A DNA stretch of 64,000 nt from Vicugna vicugna (taxonomy: Eukaryota), in the NCBI GenBank assembly GCA_013265495.1, contig MU058289.1, positions 124,001 to 188,000 of the forward strand, given 5' to 3'. The notes beneath the pieces were generated by a model. The model was not told the origin of the DNA and did not search any database. It saw nothing but the letters and a program-made list of their open reading frames with translations. The position numbers and the translations under genes were made by a program. This document shows positions 13,636 to 64,000 of the stretch, piece after piece. The number at the start of each line of letters is the position of its first letter. Within the stretch, counting starts at the first letter, position 1.

Positions 13636-16600
13636 CACCTCCGGGAATAGTGAGACAGCTCCACGTACACGGCTGCTTTCTCCACCTGCTGTCAGACCTC
13701 AGGCCCAGGATGACTCCCAGGTGGGAAGGGAGGGGACAGCCTCGGAGGAGCCTCATTCTTTCCATGCAAATTTCATGACAGGCCCAGGAAGCAGACTCAA
13801 CTGGCTCCAGTTACCTCTGCCTTGGGCTCTGCCATTTCTCTCCCTTTTCCTCTGCCAGGATCCTGAGGGCAGTCTCCAGTCCCCACCAGTGCTAGGTCCC
13901 CCAGCAGAGCAAGCAAGGGCAAGACTGGAGCCTAGGTGGCTCTTGAGGGGTAGGGAGAGAAAACAGAGACCCCAGTGGGGCTGAGTGTCCTCCCATAGTA
14001 CTAGTAGGGCTAAGGACCTGAGAGTCTGTTTGCCAAGCAAATCAGTCACCACCGGACATCCAGCAGCCTGCTTGGTTATTCAAATCACAGGAGCTGTCTG
14101 AGGAAGCAGGGGAGGGGCTGGCTGTGATTGCCTGCTTCAGAGGGTAGAGGGACAGCAGGGTCTAACTGGTATGGTCAAAGTGAGGATCCAGGCTGTGCAT
14201 CTTCAAGCAGGAAGCTCCACCTCTTTGATCCTCATGCCCAGAACTGATGTCCAACCAGAAGCAATGTTCAGGGGTACAGGGCATCTAAAATACAGGCCTG
14301 TTAATAGTTGGGCTCCCAGTAACAGCCTGGAACACCACTACCCCACTCTCTCATGGTCTAGGAACTAAAGGGGGTCACCTGACACAGCCAGCGGCTCCCA
14401 GGACCCTTAACCCAGCACTTTGGCCAGGCTGTGTTCTAGACTGGCCTCTTAGTCAGGGGTTAAGGATTTTGAATATTCTCCATGCAGTTACTTTTTCTCA
14501 TTTATTCACCCAACAATTTTCAGAGCTCCAACTACAGGCCACGCCTAGCTCAGCACTGAAAATGAAGACATAACTTAGTCCAAGGCTAAGGTGGGGACAC
14601 ACAGGCAGAGTGACCCAGGCTTCGATGGGGAGAAGTGGTGAGCTCAGGAGACCCAGAGAGGCTCCTGGTCCAGCCTAAGGGTTCCAGGACAACATCCTAG
14701 GTGTGAGCCCCAAAGGAATAAGAGGTTTCTGGTAAAAAGGGTTTTCCAGGCAGAGTAACAGTCTACGGAAAGGCTTGGTGGTGAGAGAATAAATATTCAT
14801 TTCTTCACATTCCCTGAGAGTCAATCCTGCTGCTTCTTTCAGGGAAGCAAGCGAGGCAGTGCTGAGAGTCTGTCGGCCTAGAGCTTTGCCGCATCTCCGC
14901 AGGACCTGGGGCAAGTCACGTTTCGCAGAGTCTCAGTTTATCTGGAAATGGGACTAATGAATCTCCTTACCGCTGGTTTGTGTTGAAAATCTGCGTGGAT
15001 CACATGGGGAGAAAGCTTCACATTGGAGCTGGCACGAGGCAGAGATACAAACGGGGCTGTTAGAAAATCTTGAAATGTTGAGTGGCTAGGCAAGCATTTG
15101 AGTTTCAATCAGCCCATGTGAAAATGGGGTTTTAAGTGTCTCCATCTCCCAACTGTTGGATTTTATGCAGCTGTGACCAGTGTGCCTGGCCCGGGTCTGG
15201 TGGGCCAGTACCTAGGACCCATCTGATGTGGAGTGCGGGGCGAGTTTAGCACTGGACTGAGAGCTGGTGAACGGGTTATGGGAGCCATCTTGTTTCTCTC
15301 AGGTGCCCAGTTCTCCATGCCCAAGACCATGTCTCTTGGGGCAACTGGTTCCCAAGTTGTTGCTGAAAACACATTGAGGAAGAACTCTGGGCCTGGGTAT
15401 CTTTATTTGCCCCCAGATCCCTTCTCTGTCCTGTTCTGCTCTGCTGTGTCCTGGGAGGCTGACCTGGGTGAGCAGCATCATCTGAGCTCCTGTGCCCTCC
15501 AGCTTCCAGGATGGTTTGGATAATGAGGAGCCCTGCAGAAGATGGGGGAGGGGGCTCCCCCAACTCCCTCCCTGTGGGGTTGCCTGGAACACAGCTTCCC
15601 TCAGGGCAGCCCTCTCTCAAGGATTTGCTCTTCTGGGTTCCACTTTATTCCCTTGTGTCTTGTGGCCTGAGAGGGGAATAACAGCTCTTCTCTGGTTCAA
15701 GCCCAGGGGACTGGACTGGACTGGTCCTGAGGTTTCCCTATTCCCTGCCCACCCCTTTGCAAATGATCCCTTTGCTAAACTCTCTGTGAAATATTCCACA
15801 TGAGCCTGCTGCCCTCTCCCTGCTGAGACACTGTGTCATGCACACACATTCATCAGTGGTAGTTTCTTAACAAGAAGTCTAGTCCTTCCAGGGCTGAAGA
15901 GCTCAGCATTAGGAGGACACAGAGAGTGGCAGACACACTGGATCCTCTCTACCAGCTCACCCTCCTTTTGTGCTGAGAGAACCCAATTTTCTTGGAACAG
16001 CACATGCCCAGGACAGGAGGGACGGCTGGTCTAAGCATATGAAAGCCATTTCCATTCCTGTTGCCTGCTTTGAGAGGCGAGGCATCTAGGAAGGCTTTGC
16101 ACTATTTTCCCACTATCCTGTTGGCTGCCCTGCTTTTGCTCCTGGTTGGGTGAGGGTGTACTGCTGGAGCTACGGCAGCCACGTTGCCACTGTGAGGGCC
16201 TAAGGCAGACAGTGAAACTCACTCAGAGAGAGTGAAATAGGGAAGGAACGGAATCAATAATAACATGTCCCTATAGCTTGGACCCCCTCAAGCCAGGTGT
16301 TGGCTACCTGCAGTTGAAGCTTTCACTATGATACAGGGTGGGAGGAGGGGTAAAATCTACAAGACAGAGGCTCAGGGTGGTCCCAGAGTGTCATTGCCTC
16401 AGAGATCTTAGGCATCTGTGGCCAAGCTAGGCAGCCTGTGGGCCTGGGCAGGGAGCCTGGCAGAGGTGCTGCCCACCTACCTGGACCACCTAGGTTTCCT
16501 AAGGCAGGGGAGGGGGAGCCCTGAGAAATAAACAATACTGGGCATCTCCCCAAACACCAAGATCAGTGACTTTTATTTGGGGAAATAAATTGTGCTGTGA

Positions 16601-18000
16601 ATGTTTCCTGGATTGATATGTCATGAAGCAAGAAGGCTCTGCCCAGTGGGACCCATTCCTCCTCCCACCTTGTCGCCTACCCTCGCCCTGAGTTCACTCC
16701 ATTCCAGCCTCCTGGCTTCATTGCTATTCCTGTCATGTATGTTTGGTCCACCATGGGGCCTTCACGCTGGCTACTCTGTCTGCCTGGATGCTTTCCTGAG
16801 TGTCCACATGGCCTGTGCCCTCCAGCAAGCCTCAGCTCCAATGTCACCTAGGCAAGGCCTTCCCTGACCCTTCAACCAGCACAGGGAATTCCCTCAGCTC
16901 ACCTGCAGTTAAGACAGTTATCAACTCCTATTGTGTTTTGCTCTCTAGAAGGTGCATACCACGAGGACAGTGGCTTTGCTTGTCCTGTTTCTCACTCTAC
17001 TCCTAATACATAGAACAGTGACAGGCCCCTGGGGGCCAGCAGGATTTTTTCAACTGCACGATTGGTTCTGATGTGTATCAGCATTTACAGGGGCAGCAGA
17101 GGGCCATGTCCTTGTGTGGAAGGGTCTGGCTCTACCACCAGGCGAGCCAGGGTCTGAATCTCAGCTCTATGGGACCCCAGGCAAGACCCTGGATCTCTCT
17201 GAGCCTGTTTCTGGTGGGCCACCCTCACCGAACAGAGCAGGGAGGAACTCACAGGCAAGCGGGGGTTCCGCATGGTAGGACTGAGCTTCAGCAGAGGGCC
17301 CTGCTCCTGCTGGCTTCCTTTTTATAGACTTGGCATAGTGAGGGCTTTTGTGGTCACAAGGGTGGCCTTCTTAGTAGATGTGCCATGTGGCTAGATGCCT
17401 GCTGCCTGGGGAGGCTGGTACCAGTGCTGGGAGCTCAGGGGATGTTGAAGCTGGACATAGTCCTGCTGGGGAAGGAATGATTAGTCCTGGCCGCTGGGCG
17501 TGCTGCCTGGATTGTCCAGTGGGTGAGCCTGTCTGTCTTTCCTCAATTTCCTGTGCTGCAAATGGGAACAAAAGCCTGGCCCTCAGAGGATCCAGCAGAG
17601 GCCCAGGGGCCATAAGCCAGTCATTTGGCAACATGTGTACTGGTGGCCCAGGTCTGGCACGTGGTGATTACAGCAGCTCCAGTGGGTTCTTGGGATCAGC
17701 AGGGGGCAGGGAAGAAGGGCTGGCGCCTCCCTGGGGTATGGCTGAGCCCCACTGGGCAAGGACCACAGGTGACTCCACAGCAGCACAGTGGGGACAGGAG
17801 ACTTGGGGGCCAGATGCTGGGTGACCATTACCGCAGTTCCCAAATAGTCCTGTGTGCCCCACAACGGGGTCCTGGAACAGGGCCTGGCACTGGGGCATCT
17901 GTGAGTTCCCTGGGCTCTCTACCCTCTCTCCCTGCATCCCCTGAAGGGCTCGGTGGATGCGCCAGGACAGGCACCAGGAACCACTCCTCCAAGCTGTCAG

Positions 18001-18006
18001 TTTATT
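18001..18006 (-). terminator. WDR62 poly(A) signal AATAAA
   Basis: tttatt on +, 60 nt after the WDR62 stop. Confidence 0.75.
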
Positions 18007-18066
18007 TGCTTAAAACACCTATTTCTTCGGAAGCAGCAGGGCTGCGGTGGAGGGGGCTGCGGGCCC

Positions 18067-61021
<42,955 letters not shown>

Positions 61022-61767
61022 CGTCGCGCCGGAGTCAGGCGACCGTTACACTCCTCAACCGCCGCCGCCGCCGCCACGGCTCACTCGAATAGCGAACGTC
61101 CGCGGGAAAGCCGGCTCCGCCGCCCATTGGACGCAGCAGGCCGCTGGTCTAACCAATCTTAGGGTTGCCGGGCAGCTGTTTTGACCAATGAGGGCTAAGG
61201 GGCGGAGCAGAGTGTCTGGCAAGGTGGAGCCACCGTCCGTCAACTTGATGCTTGATCGAGCGTTGTAGGGTATTTTTTATCCCGTCTGTGTTTTCATCAT
61301 TCACTAAATATACAGGTCTTAACTTTCGAGGCTAAGGCTAAAGCCGTCTCACCTCGCTTTTTGCTGACCTCCACTCCACCCCAGAGTGACTAGCCCCACA
61401 GTGGCAGTCGCCCGGATGTAAGAGTAGGGTGGAGCTTGAAGAGACTGAAGGGTTGGCGCAGACTCAGAAACGCCGTGACGCTGCCCTCCCTCGACACGTG
61501 ATAAGGTCCGGTTGGCTAAGAGCTGGTTTTGCGCAGACGTGCTCGCTTTTCACCATCTGCCAAGTGATGAGGGCATAGCTGTTGTAGCGCGGCAGGGTGC
61601 GTAGTACGCAGGCGCTCCCTACCCTTCCCCCCCGGCACGTGACGAGGCACTAAGGGCCGTCACGTGAGGCAGGCAGAGAGCACGCGGGCGGGGTGGGGTT
61701 TGGCGGCGCTCGGCGAGGACCAAAGTAAGGCTGCAGACCCGGCAAAACCCAATTGGGTTGGACAGCC
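61022..61767. promoter_or_regulatory. CpG-rich bidirectional promoter, WDR62/THAP8
   Basis: Divergent ATGs 746 nt apart. E2F-type TTTCCCGCG (-) at 61101-61109; CCAAT boxes at 61126 (reverse), 61153, 61185; CACGTG at 61495, 61636, 61661. Confidence 0.85.
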
Positions 61768-61850
61768 ATGCCCAAGTACTGCAGGGCTCCGAACTGCTCC
61801 AACACTGCGGGCCAGCTGGGCGCGGACAACCGCCCGGTGAGCTTCTACAA
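61768..61850 (+). CDS. THAP8: THAP domain-containing protein 8, first coding exon (remainder not found in window)
   Basis: gccATG then MPKYCRAPNCSNTAGQLGADNRPVSFYK, a THAP N-terminus with CxxxxC; donor AA|GTGAG; head-to-head with WDR62 as in human. Too short for the ORF track. Confidence 0.93.
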
Positions 61851-62330
61851 GTGAGCACAAGCGAGGGGCGGGGCTTGCAGGGAGGCGGGCCCTGTGGGGG
61901 CGGGGCCCGAGGATAAATACGCTGAGCAGGGCACCTGGCCCAGCTTGCAGGCGTCTAGTAAACAAGGTGGAAATATGGTATTCCCGGCGTTTCACTAGCA
62001 ATAAACACGGTACCTGTAAAGGTGCAGATGCGTAAAACAGCAGGGGTAGACGATTAACTGCAGGTGGTGAACGGGGCGAGCGGAAGAAGGGGAGGGTTGT
62101 GTAGAGAAGTGAGTATGGTCCAGGCTCGGTAAGAGCCTACAACTGCCCGTTCACCATCTCTACTAATTAGAGTCATCTCAAATTCAAAACACCCGAAACC
62201 AAGCTCCTGATTTTGTCTCTCCCAAAACCTTCCATAACGTTTCCTATCTTAGTTAATAGCTTTCCATTTTTCATGTTGTTCAGGCTAGAAACCCTTAGCG
62301 TCATGCTTATCTCCTACCTTTCCTCAAACC

Positions 62331-62994
62331 TGAGAAAGCAAAAATTAGCCTGAACTGTTAAAAAAAAAAAGGCACCCCCCATCATTTATTTAACAGACAC
62401 GGGAAAAGCCAGCTGAAGAGTTAATAGGAAAAAATATTGTTATATTTTTCTCAGGGACGTTGCTGCACATGTAAAGTGAAGAAACTCCTCATCTTTGAAT
62501 GACTACTGCTTTCTTACTAGGAAGCTTTGTTTTCTAAAGTCATAGGTTATCGCAGACTTTGCTGTTTGAAATTACATCAGTAAGAATGAAACATCTTACC
62601 TAGGGCCGGGAAAAGTTGTCACTTTGACACAGAATAGCAACCTTGGTTTACAATCCAGGTGCTAAGCTTTGCGTAAGGGGTTTCTGGACACAGTATTTCA
62701 CATCTATCCAAACTTTATTGCTTCCAAGGAGACAGGCCCCTGAGCCCACTTTGCCATCTAGACCTGATTTTGATCCCACAGTTCTCTTTGCTTTGAACCT
62801 ATCTAAACTCTATTTCATTTACACCTCACCTGAATTTCACTCATCTCCCAAACTCAAAAACTTTTTTCCTCTGTTTGGCAAGGCTTCCTCACAGGACCTC
62901 TGGTGTGCAGTCTCCCTTATTGCCCTGGTAAATAAACCAATTTCTTGGACTTCCCCTTCCAATTGCGCTATTTTATTGGCCTCTTCATTCGTCA
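62331..62994 (+). mobile_element. Probable ERV solo LTR inserted in an L2 (THAP8 intron 1)
   Basis: TG...CA-bounded block with AATAAA at 62931; interrupts L2-like sequence on both sides; TSD not clean. Confidence 0.5.
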
Positions 62995-63562
62995 GCCTGC
63001 TCCCACAGTCTGTCCCCCACACACAGTCACAGGGAAACTGTGAACACCAGAGTCATATCAGGGCCCTCCTTATCTCAGGTCCCTCCCCTGACTCCTACTT
63101 GACTCTGTAAAAGCCAAGACAGGCTGGCACAGGCACAAAACAGGCCTACAAAGTCTTACAGGAGCTGATCCCCTTATCTCCCTCCTGCCCCTCCCTCAGT
63201 CTGCCTGTTGGATATTCCGCTAGCTCATCAGGCACATTATTGCTCCAGGGCCTTTGCCTGTGCCATTTCCTCTGCCTGGAAAGTTCTTCCCTTTATGACC
63301 ACCACTCTGTAAAATGATAGCCCTCTCCCGGTCCTACATATTCTCACTACTTGCCTCCTGTTTTATTTTTCCCTTTAACACAACTGTCCGGCATACCACA
63401 TATTAGATATATTCATTTATTGCCTCCTCCACTAGAATGTCAGCTCCAGGAAGGCAGGGATTTTTGTCTGTCTGACTCCCTGGGGTGTCCTCAGCACTTA
63501 TAACAGTGCCTGGCACATAGTGGATATTTAGTAAATTCTTTTTGGATGGAATAAATGAATGC
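62995..63562 (+). mobile_element. L2 3' fragment
   Basis: cagggcctttgc...ctctgcctggaa...actagaatgtcagctcc...cagtgcctggcacatag...gaataaatgaatg. Confidence 0.8.
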
Positions 63563-64000
63563 ATTTCAGATGGGCTCCCCAGGAAACCCAGCACTGTGTC
63601 CCAGCTATCCCTTGAGGGACCCTGGTTCAGGGAAGGAGGAGTGCAGAGGAGTCTTTGAACCTGAATCAGTATGCCCAGACTTGCTTTTAAAAATCTATCA
63701 CTCTGGCACTGTTTATTAATTCAGCAGCTCTAGGTGTCTCCTGGAGTAAGTAAGCCCCTGCTGGACACCGGGACCCTGACCGATCTTGCTCTTGCTCTTG
63801 CTCATGAGTAGGTGAGGGGTCAGACACTGAAGAACTGAGTACACAACTTGATTCGTTCTTTTCCTCAGCACTACTGCTCCCAATCTAGTCCCTTAACCCA
63901 TCCATTGACTCTACCTACCAGTGCATCCCCAACCTGCAGCAAGCACAGCAAAACACCTAACACCTTGGCTATACAGCTATAAATGCAAATGGCAGGCTCC

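Noticed and set aside
15163..15620. ORFs and splice-like signals between OVOL3 and WDR62
   Set aside because: Resembles a degenerate MaLR LTR (aagatggctccc motif); no coherent gene model.
17371..17937. Overlapping - strand ORFs downstream of WDR62, possible hidden gene
   Set aside because: Broken by stops, includes MIR-like sequence, no homology recognised.

Overview
Mammalian genomic DNA, probably a camelid (four tRNA-Ala-derived SINEs resemble the camelid Vic-1 family). The gene order matches the human 19q13.12 block: TBCB (-, 6 exons, 244 aa), POLR2I (+, 6 exons, 125 aa), OVOL3 (-, 4 exons, 189 aa), WDR62 (-, 32 coding exons, 1549 aa) and the first coding exon of THAP8 (+). I assembled the four complete gene models by hand; all splice in frame with no stops. 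TBCB/POLR2I and WDR62/THAP8 share CpG-rich bidirectional promoters, and POLR2I/OVOL3 converge with poly(A) signals only 29 nt apart. Introns carry L1, L2, MIR, MaLR LTR and SINE repeats, and there is a 766-nt assembly gap. Most ORF-track entries are spurious or are exon-plus-intron read-throughs. I found no new biological system. The best oddities are a GC-AG intron in WDR62, an L1-MaLR junction duplicated next to WDR62 exon 3, the POLR2I/OVOL3 3' ends, a possibly frame-shifted internal acceptor in WDR62 exon 27, and several local duplications and one fold-back.
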